Shown here: piece by piece, positions 1 to 10,344 of the stretch | Layout: the number at the start of each line of letters is the position of its first letter | How positions within the stretch are numbered: position 1 is the first letter of the stretch | From: an uncultured Alphaproteobacteria bacterium | GTDB taxonomy: Bacteria > Pseudomonadota > Alphaproteobacteria > RF32 > CAG-239 | Assembly: GCA_934254675.1 (NCBI GenBank) | Contig: CAKQLP010000004.1 | Span: forward strand, 67,713 to 131,712 | DNA length: 64,000 nt | Direction: 5' to 3' | The notes under the pieces: generated by a model | Told to the model about the DNA's origin: nothing | What the model saw: the letters and a program-made list of their open reading frames with translations, nothing else | Database searches by the model: none | Position numbers and translations under genes: made by a program

Positions 1-820
1 TATCTGAAAAAATAACAGGAAAACCTTGGATATCAACATAAGTTTCAATCACATCACGAGTCGTTCCGGCAATATCCGAAACAATAGCCACATTGCGTTT
101 AACAATAGCGTTTATCAAACTTGATTTTCCGGCGTTGGTAGGTCCGGCAATCACAACCTTAAAGCCATCACGCAACCGTTCTTCTATTTTATTATCTTGA
201 ATATGCTTTTCTATTTCCTCAGATATTTTAAATACACCATTTTCAATTTTAAATACAGTGTCCTCAGGTATATTTTCATCTGGAAAATCAATATAAGCTT
301 CAATATATGACAATACCGACACCAAACGCGAGCGCCAATCATTATACAAATTAAACAGATTTCCGCCCATTTGCTGTAAAGCTACTTTTTGTTGCAAAGA
401 AGTTTCAGCATCAATCAAATCGGCCAAACCATCAGCTTCGGTCAAATCCATTTTACCATTATAAAAAGAGCGACGTGAAAATTCTCCGGGTTCAGCCAAT
501 CGAAAATCAGGCAAAACAGACAAAGCAACGAGAAAACTTTTTATAACCGCCTTTGAGCCATGACAGTTTATTTCAACAGTGTTTTCACCGGTAAACGAAG
601 CCGGAGATTTAAAAGCCACCAACAAAGAGTTGTCTAATGTTTCACGTGAAACAGGATTATAAAACTTTGTCAAATACATTTTGCGGCTGACGATTTTAGA
701 AGCATCTAAATCCGTCATTTGTGAAATAACTTCAAAAGCTTTTGCACCGGAAACTCGAATTACAGCAACTCCGGATTTTCCAAAAACCGTTGATAAGGCA
801 TAAATTGTTTTGTTATCCAT
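1..820 (-). CDS. mnmE: tRNA modification GTPase MnmE (TrmE). The N-terminal and middle parts are in the window; the C-terminus runs off the window edge.
   Basis: The reverse-strand translation starts MDNKTIYALSTVFGKSGVAVIRVSG, the typical MnmE N-terminus. The ATG is at 818-820 (complement). The G-domain with TTRD lies further on. Confidence 0.8.
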   Translation of the reverse strand, partial: MDNKTIYALSTVFGKSGVAVIRVSGAKAFEVISQMTDLDASKIVSRKMYLTKFYNPVSRETLDNSLLVAFKSPASFTGENTVEINCHGSKAVIKSFLVALSVLPDFRLAEPGEFSRRSFYNGKMDLTEADGLADLIDAETSLQQKVALQQMGGNLFNLYNDWRSRLVSVLSYIEAYIDFPDENIPEDTVFKIENGVFKISEEIEKHIQDNKIEERLRDGFKVVIAGPTNAGKSSLINAIVKRNVAIVSDIAGTTRDVIETYVDIQGFPVIFSD

Positions 821-973
821 TTTTATCTTTCTTCTGTTATCAAAATTTACACTTCAAAAATAAGGCTGTTTTTTCCACCATAGACAGGCATTTTGTCATT
901 TTGCGACCATTTTATCATTTTTTATTAAACACATCGCTTAAAACTCATATAACGAAGTCGATTTTTTTAGCAT

Positions 974-2914
974 TTAACGACCTCGGTTCATTCGTTGTAA
1001 ACAAGCTTGTTGCAAATTAGTTGAATTATTATGCTGAACAACATTTAAGCATTTTTGCAAATCAGCCGCCGGAATATCTTTCAAATTTTTCAGCGAAGAG
1101 AAATCTGTCGGCAAGTTTCCTTTCATTTGACGTTTATGAGCAACACAGGCAACATAAAGTTTCAAGGCCTGTTCTTTAGTCAAGGTGTCCTTAAAAAATA
1201 CAGGTTTGTTTTTGTTGCTCGGCTCATTCAGCAACCTTACATATGTTTCATATTCCGCATCATTATTCAGTTGAATTTTATTTTTTGCCGTATATTTAAC
1301 TTTGCTGTTTTTTATTGAAAACATATATTCGTTTTCATTATCAGATATTTTTTGATATCCCTCAAATTGTGACCAATATTTTTTTAACTCCTTGCTCCAA
1401 GCAGCAGGTTTTTCCACTGTTTGCTCAGGTTTTTGAGATGGCTGATACGGATTATCTTCAACTAAGCGGGATAGTTCAACATCGTCAATTTTTTGAATAA
1501 ATCTTGGTTTATGCATATTATCACGCATTATTGCCTTAGCTTCATCAACCAAATTCGGATTTATCTCTCCGGAATTAACCTTACTTTTATATTCTGCCAT
1601 TCTGGTTAATAATTTTTGGGAACAAGGCTCAATAATCCGCCTTCTGACATTGTCATTGATTTTAACTTCATCTTCAGGCTTGATATATGATGAAAAATTT
1701 TTTTCCTCATATGCTCTTGTCTGAGGATTGTACAATTTAAAACGATAAAACAAAGAACGATTTAATAAAAACTCTTTTCTATCCACGTCTTCATCTAAAG
1801 AAAGCGGTACTTTTTGCATATCTATCAGCATATTCTTTTGAAATTGACCTTTATCATATGATTTTCTATGATATTTTTCAAAGTGATTAAAAGAGCATTT
1901 TATTAAATTTTCAGGATTTTGAACATATTCAAATCTTTTATCTTTTGGAACAGAAGCAACCTCAATCAAAAGTTCCATCGCCTCATTGTCAAAACTCGAA
2001 AAATCAGACGGATTTCCTTTTTTTAGATACTCGTTAACAGCATTAATTATTTGTGAAAGATAGGCACTGCGCTCATCTTCCACTTGCAAACGATAATAAT
2101 CTTCAACAGACAATCTCTTTGCTGATTTTTTTAAATTCAGACCAGAAGAAAGCACATTATTTTTAATATGAACAAGTTCATGATTTAATGTAAGAAAACG
2201 ATGTCGCACATTAGATTTTTCTTCCATATAAATTTTATACAGGCTTCTTTTCTTTGGGTCAGGAAAAACTTGTTCAAGCGGACGCCCTGAATTTCTTTGA
2301 ACTTCTCTATTAGCAATAATAATGAGCCTTTTTAAGGTGTTATAGTCATCCGGCGTAAAAGAAAAATGATTTCGCACAAACTCTATTTTTTTGATAGATT
2401 GGTAAACCGTCGCCCGACGCAGCTTAAAATTTTTAATTTCATATTTTTGCTTTTCTGCATTATAAACAACGGGATAAACATCATCGTGTGCTACAATTTT
2501 ATACCCCAAATTTTGAATCAACCTCGGAACTTCAGTGTTGGGAATAGCATTATCAAAATGGATTGTATTTGGTGCATTTTCAATTGACGGCGGTAAAATA
2601 TTTTTATCAAGTTCATTTAAATATTCAGCAGAACATTTTTGAATATTGCCATGAGCAATTTCTTTTTCAAGAAAATCTGTATTTTGACTATCTACTTTAG
2701 AAAATATTTCATCTTCCGATGTATGTCCGGTTTGCGAAAAATTAGCGTAATTATTAAACCTATTTTGAAAATCATTATATGTTAAATTTTCAAAAAAACG
2801 GCTGTATATCATTATTTTTCGCTGTTTTTCCGCCAAATTTACAAAATCAAGATTTAAGACAACAACATGATTATCTGAAGTTGTTAGCAATAACGTTTCT
2901 GAATTCATTAACAT
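974..2914 (-). CDS. Hypothetical 646-aa protein with an HExxH (HELVH) zincin-like motif and a downstream Glu. It is a paralog of the 45625..46719 product.
   Basis: Long intact ORF with an AAGGA SD before the ATG. Motif FLTLNHELVHI...RLSVEDYYRLQVEDERSAYLS. No signal peptide. The C-terminus is Arg-rich (RMNRGR). Confidence 0.6.
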   Translation of the reverse strand: MLMNSETLLLTTSDNHVVVLNLDFVNLAEKQRKIMIYSRFFENLTYNDFQNRFNNYANFSQTGHTSEDEIFSKVDSQNTDFLEKEIAHGNIQKCSAEYLNELDKNILPPSIENAPNTIHFDNAIPNTEVPRLIQNLGYKIVAHDDVYPVVYNAEKQKYEIKNFKLRRATVYQSIKKIEFVRNHFSFTPDDYNTLKRLIIIANREVQRNSGRPLEQVFPDPKKRSLYKIYMEEKSNVRHRFLTLNHELVHIKNNVLSSGLNLKKSAKRLSVEDYYRLQVEDERSAYLSQIINAVNEYLKKGNPSDFSSFDNEAMELLIEVASVPKDKRFEYVQNPENLIKCSFNHFEKYHRKSYDKGQFQKNMLIDMQKVPLSLDEDVDRKEFLLNRSLFYRFKLYNPQTRAYEEKNFSSYIKPEDEVKINDNVRRRIIEPCSQKLLTRMAEYKSKVNSGEINPNLVDEAKAIMRDNMHKPRFIQKIDDVELSRLVEDNPYQPSQKPEQTVEKPAAWSKELKKYWSQFEGYQKISDNENEYMFSIKNSKVKYTAKNKIQLNNDAEYETYVRLLNEPSNKNKPVFFKDTLTKEQALKLYVACVAHKRQMKGNLPTDFSSLKNLKDIPAADLQKCLNVVQHNNSTNLQQACLQRMNRGR

Positions 2915-2967
2915 TTTCCTTATATTTTTTCAGATAATATCATATATTTGACAAAAATTCAACAAAT

Positions 2968-3531
2968 TTAACGGCTATTACTCCGTTCAGACACGGAGTT
3001 TTGAATTTCTTGCTGATATTCCTTAAAATGCATATCCAATTCATAGCGGATATTGCGCAGCAAAGAATCATCTTTAGGCGCTTTATCAATAGCCTGAAGC
3101 AAAGAAAGTCCGCCTTTGCTTTTCAGAACAGACAGCATCATACTACGTTCTGTGTTATCCAAAACCATAAACAAATTAATAACTAAATTCTTCAAATAAG
3201 TATTACCTTCCAACGGCGGCCTGTCAGCATATTTTTCCGTTAAAAAAGCAGCAAATTTTTGGCGCAAAGCCTCTTCCTCACGATGTTTGCCCAGTTCAAT
3301 CTCATTGTGTTTTACAACAGCCTTTTGCCACATTTCTATACGGTTATCCAAGGTTAAACCTAAAGACTGGTAAGACGCCATTCGTTGCTCCGGATTTAGA
3401 CAGCTTTCACATTTTTGCGGCATTTTAGAAACCTGTTGCAACGCCCGTTTAAACAACTCACAAAATGTATTGTTTGCTTTCAAAAACGGGCAATACTCTG
3501 GACATTTTTTATGAATTTCGGCTTCTGACAT
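2968..3531 (-). CDS. Hypothetical Cys-rich protein (CPEYCPF...C...CESC), a possible zinc-binding domain.
   Basis: ORF with an AAGGAGA SD 7 nt before the internal ATG (M12 of the listed ORF). Cysteine cluster near the N-terminus. Confidence 0.45.
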   Translation of the reverse strand: MSEAEIHKKCPEYCPFLKANNTFCELFKRALQQVSKMPQKCESCLNPEQRMASYQSLGLTLDNRIEMWQKAVVKHNEIELGKHREEEALRQKFAAFLTEKYADRPPLEGNTYLKNLVINLFMVLDNTERSMMLSVLKSKGGLSLLQAIDKAPKDDSLLRNIRYELDMHFKEYQQEIQNSVSERSNSR

Positions 3532-3582
3532 ATAAATCTCCTTGATGGTTTCAAAATACCGCAAAAATGCTTAAAATTCAAT

Positions 3583-3609
3583 AAAGAAAAGCACCTTTCG
3601 GTGCTTTTT
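3583..3609 (-). terminator. Rho-independent terminator downstream of typA.
   Basis: Hairpin AAGCACC-TTTC-GGTGCTT flanked by A-run and T-run (bidirectional). Confidence 0.5.
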
Positions 3610-3612
3610 AAT

Positions 3613-5436
3613 TTATTCCATAGCTTCCGGCTTTGCACGCTTACGAGCAATCGGATCCAAAATCCGCTTACGCAACCGCAATGATTTTGGCGTTACTTCC
3701 AAAAGCTCATCAGATTGAATATAAGCCAAAGCTTGTTCCAAACTAAGTTTACGAGGCGGAATCAAGTCTATCGCTTCGTCTTTACCGGCGGCGCGGATGT
3801 TGGTCAACTGCTTAGATTTTGTAGGGTTAACTTCAATATCATTATATTTTGTATGTTCACCTATAATCATACCAACATACACCGGACTATTGTGCTCAAT
3901 AAACATCGGACCGCGGTCTTGCAATTTCCACAAAGAATAAGCAATCGCCTGACCGTTTTCGCTGGAAATCATCACACCGTTGCGGCGATCTTCAATTTCA
4001 CCCTTATATGGCTCAAAAGCATAGAAAATACGGTTCATAACACCGGTACCACGCGTATCTGTCAAAAATTCTGAATGATAACCAATCAAACCACGGGAAG
4101 GAGCGTGGAAAATCAAACGAACTTTATTACCGACTTGAGATGGAATCATTTCTACTAATTCCGCGCGGCGCTTGCTCAATTTTTCTACCACAGCGCCGGA
4201 AAACTCTTCATCTACGTCAACCACAACTTCTTCAACCGGCTCTAAAAGCTGACCATTTTCATCGCGTTTCATAATAACACGCGGACGAGAAATTGAAAGT
4301 TCAAAGCCTTCACGGCGCATTGTTTCAATCAAAACACCAAGTTGTAACTCACCGCGACCAGCCACTTCAAAAGTATCCGAGTTATCCGTGCGAGAAATTT
4401 TAAGCGCAATATTACCTTCGGCTTCTTTTTCTAAACGCGCCCAAATCACACGGGACGTAACTTTATCGCCTTCCTTACCGGCCAAAGGCGAATCGTTTAC
4501 GGAAAATGTCATAGCCAATGTCGGAGGGTCAATCGGCTGAGCTTTGATAAAATCTTTAGCATCAACGTCTAAAGCGCAAATCGTGTCGGCAACCGTACCT
4601 TTAACAATTCCGGCAACAGCCACAATATCTCCGGCATGAGCCGAATCCAAAGCCACTCTTTCCAGTCCTTTATAGGCCATAATTTTAGTAATTTTAGCCC
4701 GTTCTACTTCGCCATGCTCGTTAATAACTTTTACGGCATCGTTAACCTTGACGCTACCGCTTTGAATTTTACCGGTCAAAATACGACCGACAAACTTATC
4801 AGACTCCAAAGTTGTCGCCAACATTCTAAACGGTTTATCAGGCTCGCAAACCGGCTCGCTGACATAAGATACAATAGTTTCAAACAACGGCGTTAAATCT
4901 TTGTGTTCATCGCTAAGTTCGCGAACAGCCCAACCATTGCGGCCGGAAGCGTATAAAATAGGAAAATCCAATTGTTCATCGTTTGCATTCAAGCTGACAA
5001 ACAAATCAAAGATTTCATTCAAAACTTCGTCCGGACGAGCGTCTGGCTTATCAGCTTTATTAATAACAACTATCGGTTTTAAGCCGATTTTCAAGGCTTT
5101 TCCCAACACAAATTTTGTTTGCGGCATCGGACCTTCAGAGGCGTCAACCAACAATACAACACCATCAACCATTGACAAAATGCGCTCCACTTCACCACCA
5201 AAGTCGGCGTGTCCCGGAGTATCCACAATGTTAATATGAGTACCATGCCAGTCAACTGAAGTACATTTTGAAAGAATTGTAATACCTCTCTCTCTTTCCA
5301 ATGCGTTGCTATCCATCACACAATCAGCAACTTTTTGGTTATCGCGGAATGTACCGCTTTGACGCAACAATCCATCTACCAATGTGGTTTTACCATGGTC
5401 CACGTGGGCAATGATGGCAATATTTCTCATACTCAT
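3613..5436 (-). CDS. typA: Translational GTPase TypA/BipA.
   Basis: 607 aa. N-terminus MSMRNIAIIAHVDHGKTTLVD (G1 motif), then DTPGHADF. Full-length EF-G-like fold. Confidence 0.9.
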   Translation of the reverse strand: MSMRNIAIIAHVDHGKTTLVDGLLRQSGTFRDNQKVADCVMDSNALERERGITILSKCTSVDWHGTHINIVDTPGHADFGGEVERILSMVDGVVLLVDASEGPMPQTKFVLGKALKIGLKPIVVINKADKPDARPDEVLNEIFDLFVSLNANDEQLDFPILYASGRNGWAVRELSDEHKDLTPLFETIVSYVSEPVCEPDKPFRMLATTLESDKFVGRILTGKIQSGSVKVNDAVKVINEHGEVERAKITKIMAYKGLERVALDSAHAGDIVAVAGIVKGTVADTICALDVDAKDFIKAQPIDPPTLAMTFSVNDSPLAGKEGDKVTSRVIWARLEKEAEGNIALKISRTDNSDTFEVAGRGELQLGVLIETMRREGFELSISRPRVIMKRDENGQLLEPVEEVVVDVDEEFSGAVVEKLSKRRAELVEMIPSQVGNKVRLIFHAPSRGLIGYHSEFLTDTRGTGVMNRIFYAFEPYKGEIEDRRNGVMISSENGQAIAYSLWKLQDRGPMFIEHNSPVYVGMIIGEHTKYNDIEVNPTKSKQLTNIRAAGKDEAIDLIPPRKLSLEQALAYIQSDELLEVTPKSLRLRKRILDPIARKRAKPEAME

Positions 5437-5564
5437 AAATTTTTCCTTTTATTCAATCTTCACAAAAAAGTCTCGCAAAAAACCTTATCCGCGAGTTCAA
5501 ATTTGCCTAACAATAGCGCATTTTTTTTTAAATTCAAGAGTTTTTACGCTTTATTTTTAAATAC

Positions 5565-6932
5565 TTAACGATAAAATATCCGTTCAATATCTTTAATGTC
5601 GGCAGGTGAAACATAAAGAATTAATTTATCAAAAGCTTTTAGTTTATAATTCTGAGGATTATAAATAAATTTGTTTTCGCTTACCGCAACAAGAATCGCA
5701 CTGTTTTCAGGCATTTTTAATTCATCAACCCAAACACCATCATTGCTACTGTCTTCACCTAAACGAATTTCCCAAATTTCCCCCATTTCTCGCCCTAAAG
5801 AATACGCTTCATTAATCCGAGCCAAACGCAGATATTGCAAAATTCCAGAAATTGTTATAACAGAACGATCGATTATTGTATTATTTCGAATATTGGTCGC
5901 CAATAGATTGTATTCACGGGAATTTATTAAAGAAACCGCTTGAGTGTCCTTATTTTTAGAAGCCAGCAAAGAAATCAGCAAATTATCTTTGTCTTTTTCC
6001 GTTACGGCGATACTTATATCCGTTGTTGAAAAACCAGCATCTTCTAAAATACGATCACTCATTATTTCTCCGGCAATTACCGATGTTTTATTGAGTTTTT
6101 CAGCCAACCGATGCGCTTTCGCTAAATCACTTTCAACCACATAGTTGCTTATAACATTATCATCTTCTTCCAACTTTGCAGACAGATAATAAGAAATTGC
6201 GTTTGCGCCAAAAATCACCGCTTTTTCATAAGGATTATGATCCACACCAAATAAACGCATAACATCAATGTTTCGTTCTGGCGGACAAGCTATATAAATA
6301 ATGTCATTGCGTTGCAAATAAACATCTTCTTCACCAATTAAGATGCGATGATTTCCACGCAAAATAAGAACAACAGACGCTGATAGTTCTGATAATTTAC
6401 TATTTATATGACTTACCGAAAATTTCATAAACGGAATATCCGTATCTTTTTGCCGAAAGTTAAAAATATTCAGTTCGTTATTCAAAAAAGGATAAACAGC
6501 CATACTTCCGGGCAGCTTAAACATTCCTAACAAAAATTTTGCAATTTCAACATCCGGCGTAATAACCAAATCAACCGGCAAACTTTTTTCATTATACAGT
6601 TTATTCCACAGAGGATTTAAATAATATTGCGAATCCACACGGGCAATTTTACGCGGCACTCCAAAAAGTGTATAGGCAACCTGACACGCCACTAAATTTA
6701 CTTCATCGTTTTCTGTCACGGATATCAGCATGTCTGCTTTTTTCATTCCCACAGCTTCTTGGATATCCGGATTAGAAATTGAACCGACAACCGGTTGAAT
6801 ATCATATTCTTTCGCAATATCCTCCAATTTTGAGGCATCTTCGTCAACAACAACTATATCGTTGTTGCCCAGCGTTAAATAACCAACCAGACTTTTACCA
6901 ACTCCAGACGCTCCGCCAATTACTATTTTCAT
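5565..6932 (-). CDS. trkA: Trk potassium uptake system NAD-binding protein TrkA.
   Basis: 455 aa with two Rossmann (GxGxxG: IGGASGVG) plus TrkA-C domains. The stop overlaps the dusB start. Confidence 0.75.
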   Translation of the reverse strand: MKIVIGGASGVGKSLVGYLTLGNNDIVVVDEDASKLEDIAKEYDIQPVVGSISNPDIQEAVGMKKADMLISVTENDEVNLVACQVAYTLFGVPRKIARVDSQYYLNPLWNKLYNEKSLPVDLVITPDVEIAKFLLGMFKLPGSMAVYPFLNNELNIFNFRQKDTDIPFMKFSVSHINSKLSELSASVVLILRGNHRILIGEEDVYLQRNDIIYIACPPERNIDVMRLFGVDHNPYEKAVIFGANAISYYLSAKLEEDDNVISNYVVESDLAKAHRLAEKLNKTSVIAGEIMSDRILEDAGFSTTDISIAVTEKDKDNLLISLLASKNKDTQAVSLINSREYNLLATNIRNNTIIDRSVITISGILQYLRLARINEAYSLGREMGEIWEIRLGEDSSNDGVWVDELKMPENSAILVAVSENKFIYNPQNYKLKAFDKLILYVSPADIKDIERIFYR

Positions 6933-7891
6933 TATTCCAATCCCGAAAAATAATCGTTAATAAGTTTTTCTGCTGTCTTAAAATCATTTAATTTAGTATA
7001 TTGTTCTCTAAATTTTTTAGCCTCATACAAATTTTTTACATACCAGCCGACATGTTTGCGAGAAACAGCCATTCCGGCTTTTTCACCATAGTATTCTATA
7101 AGTAAATGCAAATGTTTCAGCAACATTTTTTTAATTTCAGAGACAGCCGGAACATTCGGTTGCTGATTATGACATAAATAGTTATGTGTTTGAGCCAATA
7201 ACCAAGGGTTGCCTAAAACCGCCCGACCAATCATTACGCCATCAACACCGCTTTCTAACATTCTTTGTTTAGCTTTTTGAGGAGAATCAATATCGCCATT
7301 GCCTATTACCGGTATTTTTACGTTTTCTTTTACGGCTTTTATAATATTCCAGTCCGCCTCTCCACTATATCCTTGAGCGCGCGTCCGACCATGAACAGTG
7401 ATATAAGAAGCTCCGCTTTCTTCACACATTTTTGCAAAATCAACCGCGTTAATATGTTCATTATCCCATCCTTTGCGAAATTTAACACTTACCGATAAAG
7501 GTGTTGCTTTTACAACTGCGTTAATAATTTTTGAAGCTCGAACCATATCTTTCATTAATGCTGAACCAGACTCATTGTTTACAATTTTTTTTACCGGACA
7601 GCCCATATTTATATCTAAAGAACGCGCTCCCAACTCCGACACCAATTTTGCCGCCTCTGCAAACAATTCAGCATCATTTCCCACCAATTGCACCACAACC
7701 GGATAATTTTCTGTCCGCACATCAGCAATTTGCCAGCTTTTAGGATTTTTTCGTTGTAGCGCATTGATTGCCGCCATTTCCGCATACATATTTCCTTTGC
7801 CGCAAGAAGCTAGAATTTGGCGAAAAGGCCTATCCGTTACACCGGCCATTGGCGCCAAAAACACCGGACTATCAAACCCGCAAAAAGCCAT
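6932..7891 (-). CDS. dusB: tRNA-dihydrouridine synthase B.
   Basis: 319 aa. LAPMAGVTDRPFR motif and TIM-barrel Dus family signature. Confidence 0.8.
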   Translation of the reverse strand: MAFCGFDSPVFLAPMAGVTDRPFRQILASCGKGNMYAEMAAINALQRKNPKSWQIADVRTENYPVVVQLVGNDAELFAEAAKLVSELGARSLDINMGCPVKKIVNNESGSALMKDMVRASKIINAVVKATPLSVSVKFRKGWDNEHINAVDFAKMCEESGASYITVHGRTRAQGYSGEADWNIIKAVKENVKIPVIGNGDIDSPQKAKQRMLESGVDGVMIGRAVLGNPWLLAQTHNYLCHNQQPNVPAVSEIKKMLLKHLHLLIEYYGEKAGMAVSRKHVGWYVKNLYEAKKFREQYTKLNDFKTAEKLINDYFSGLE

Positions 7892-7894
7892 GTT

Positions 7895-10003
7895 TTAATT
7901 CACCTTTCCTAAAGCGCGAGATAAAATATAATATACTTTTCCAATGTCTGAACCTGATATCAAGGCCAATAAAGTACTGGCTCGATTATTACTGCGCGCG
8001 GCTTCAATCAAACTATCAAAATCTTCTAAATACTTATCCACAACAACTCGAAAATCCGGTTTTTTCTCATAATCTTCCCGAACGGCAATAACCTCTTTTT
8101 TAGTCATATTTTTGGAAAGATACCGAACAAAAACACTGTGATCGCCTTCATAATATTTTTTCCACAATGTTTCATCGTCTCCTGATTTATTAAAAATACT
8201 ATTGATATCGATAGAAATTGTTTCCAACTCACTGATAATATCCGCCGAACTTTTCATAAAGGTATCAATGCTGGCAACTTTAAACTTTTGGTTAAAGTCA
8301 TCATACTGTTTTTGAGTTTTATCATAGTTTTCATTTAAACTTATCAATTGTTCTCCGACAATTTTTCCAAAATCCGACATTTTTCCTTCATAAGAGGATA
8401 AAACTTTTTCCACACTTCCGGCGGTATTTGTCATGTCTTTATTTAAATCTGCTATCTTTCCGGAAATTTGTTTTAAGCTAGCCAAGGCTTTATTGACATA
8501 TTCATCTTGTTCTATCAATAAACCGGCATTTGTTTTACTTTGGTTAGAAATATTATCCGCTGTTTCGGATAATTTCCCGATATTACCGGATACGAGATTA
8601 TTAACTTCATGAAATTTATCAATAATTCCGCCGGCTTTGGCACTAAAATTATTCACACTTGCCAACAAACCCTCTTCCATATCTTTCAACGTTTGCGAAA
8701 CAGCTGAAAAGATTTTACCCATTTCGCTGTTTTTATCCTGAGTATTTTTATAAAATTCTTTTAACCGATTAACCTCTTCTCCCAGATTCCCAACCGTTAA
8801 GTTAATATTATTAACCATACGGCTCCCTTCTGTTTCCAAAAGTTGGCGTTTATCTGAAATATCCGCCCCTAATTGGCTAAAAATGCCGGTCACTTGCTCT
8901 GAAGCCGTCCTCATATCTTTCATTTGAATTTGAATATTTTGCTCTAAAGTATTGGAACGTTCAATCATTGCTTCAACTTCCATACTGATTAATTTCCCGT
9001 ATTCTCCCAATTTCTTATCCAAATAACCGGAATTTTTATCTAAAAGCGCCGATTGTTTTTCCACAACATCTTTTTGTTCGTTGATACTGCTTTCTATATG
9101 CGAAATTCCAGAATCCAGTCGATGAAACAAATCTTCACAATTTTCTGCCGTTCGCAAAAATGTTTTTTCTAAATTTTCACCTTTTTCGGCCCAAGATTCA
9201 ATAATTTTTCCAATAGCCAATTGACTGGACTCGGAATAGTTATTCAACTGAGTCTGAGCTTTTTCAATATTTTCATTATTGACATTCACGACTTCTTTAA
9301 CACGCTCCGCCGCCGTTACCATTTCATTAACCATCGGCGTTACAATGCGGACTAATTGCTCGCTATCCTCTTTCATTTGCATGGTATTAACCCGAAAATC
9401 GGCGGTCGTTGATGCCGCTTTTTCTGCCACAAACGTAAAGTTTTCTACCAATTTTTTTATTTCTGAGTTTAGCTCTTGCATTGTTTGGGAAGAATAAGTG
9501 TCCAATTCTCCCGCTAATGATTTCATTTCGGCAATACGATCGCCTAAATCTCTTTTAATCACATCGGCTTGAGCGCAAACATCCCGTGTTGTTTCTTTCA
9601 AATCCGCCACTTGAGATTTTATGGCATCCGAAATCATTTTTGTCGCCGCATTTCCATTTGAATCTGGAAAAATAACTTGATTAAGAGAATCTCGCAACAT
9701 TTGGGTTTCATTTCTAAAACTATTGCCTCTGTCAATATAAGCCATAACCACCCACACAATAGCCAAAGGCAACGTAATTCCGGCCATAAATCCGCTAAAT
9801 TCATTCGGAACCATTGAGAATAAGTTATCCCACCCAAAAAATTGAGTAATATAGACAGCAACGACGCCAAACCACATCACGCTAAAAACAATCATAAAAC
9901 GATGCAACCCATTTGCAAACCAACTTTCTGTCTGGTCCGGCATAGAAAAATTTTCATTTTTTTCAATTTTTTTCAATTTTTTTTCAGGATTTTTAGCGCT
10001 CAT
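7895..10003 (-). CDS. Hypothetical membrane-anchored coiled-coil protein (702 aa).
   Basis: Two N-terminal TM helices (FMIVFSVMWFGVVAVYI; GITLPLAIVWVVMAYI) followed by about 550 aa of heptad-rich, low-complexity coiled-coil sequence. Confidence 0.55.
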   Translation of the reverse strand: MSAKNPEKKLKKIEKNENFSMPDQTESWFANGLHRFMIVFSVMWFGVVAVYITQFFGWDNLFSMVPNEFSGFMAGITLPLAIVWVVMAYIDRGNSFRNETQMLRDSLNQVIFPDSNGNAATKMISDAIKSQVADLKETTRDVCAQADVIKRDLGDRIAEMKSLAGELDTYSSQTMQELNSEIKKLVENFTFVAEKAASTTADFRVNTMQMKEDSEQLVRIVTPMVNEMVTAAERVKEVVNVNNENIEKAQTQLNNYSESSQLAIGKIIESWAEKGENLEKTFLRTAENCEDLFHRLDSGISHIESSINEQKDVVEKQSALLDKNSGYLDKKLGEYGKLISMEVEAMIERSNTLEQNIQIQMKDMRTASEQVTGIFSQLGADISDKRQLLETEGSRMVNNINLTVGNLGEEVNRLKEFYKNTQDKNSEMGKIFSAVSQTLKDMEEGLLASVNNFSAKAGGIIDKFHEVNNLVSGNIGKLSETADNISNQSKTNAGLLIEQDEYVNKALASLKQISGKIADLNKDMTNTAGSVEKVLSSYEGKMSDFGKIVGEQLISLNENYDKTQKQYDDFNQKFKVASIDTFMKSSADIISELETISIDINSIFNKSGDDETLWKKYYEGDHSVFVRYLSKNMTKKEVIAVREDYEKKPDFRVVVDKYLEDFDSLIEAARSNNRASTLLALISGSDIGKVYYILSRALGKVN

Positions 10004-10148
10004 TTTTTCCTCTAACTACTTATTTTTACAATAATCATGAGACAATGTAACAGATAAATAGTAAAAATTTTACATAAATTTTGCACTTTTATAAAAAAAT
10101 ACATTGATTTTTTTTAACATATATGTATTCTCATTAACATAATTCGTT

Positions 10149-10184
10149 GCCATTATAGCTCAGTGGTAGAGCACGTCATTGGTA
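10149..10184 (+). pseudogene. Truncated 5-prime half (36 nt) of tRNA-Thr(GGU), broken in the anticodon loop.
   Basis: GCCATTATAGCTCAGTGGTAGAGCACGTCATTGGTA is identical to the first 36 nt of the intact tRNA at 10345. No 3-prime half follows it. Confidence 0.6.
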
Positions 10185-10344
10185 GCGGCTAAGCAAAAAT
10201 AACAATTTTTTGTTATTTTTGTCTGTAACGCCTTGGAAGGGCTTGGCAAGCAAGGGAAGTGTAAACGACCGCGGCGAGCCAGAACTGACAAGCGGGGGAG
10301 CAGACCCCGTCATCTGTTAAGTATTATGTTTTTAGTTTGATTAT

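Noticed and set aside
742-1500. Small plus-strand ORFs (742..1020, 1055..1318, 1315..1500).
   Set aside because: They lie within or between the mnmE and 646-aa minus-strand genes. They are AT-rich frames with Phe/Ile/Leu bias typical of antisense reading.
10149-10344. Group I intron inside tRNA-Thr (anticodon-loop insertion, as in some cyanobacterial and alphaproteobacterial tRNAs).
   Set aside because: After the 160-nt insert the sequence restarts at tRNA position 1 rather than continuing with the 3-prime exon. The insert is also too short for a group I core. A 5-prime-half duplication fits better.
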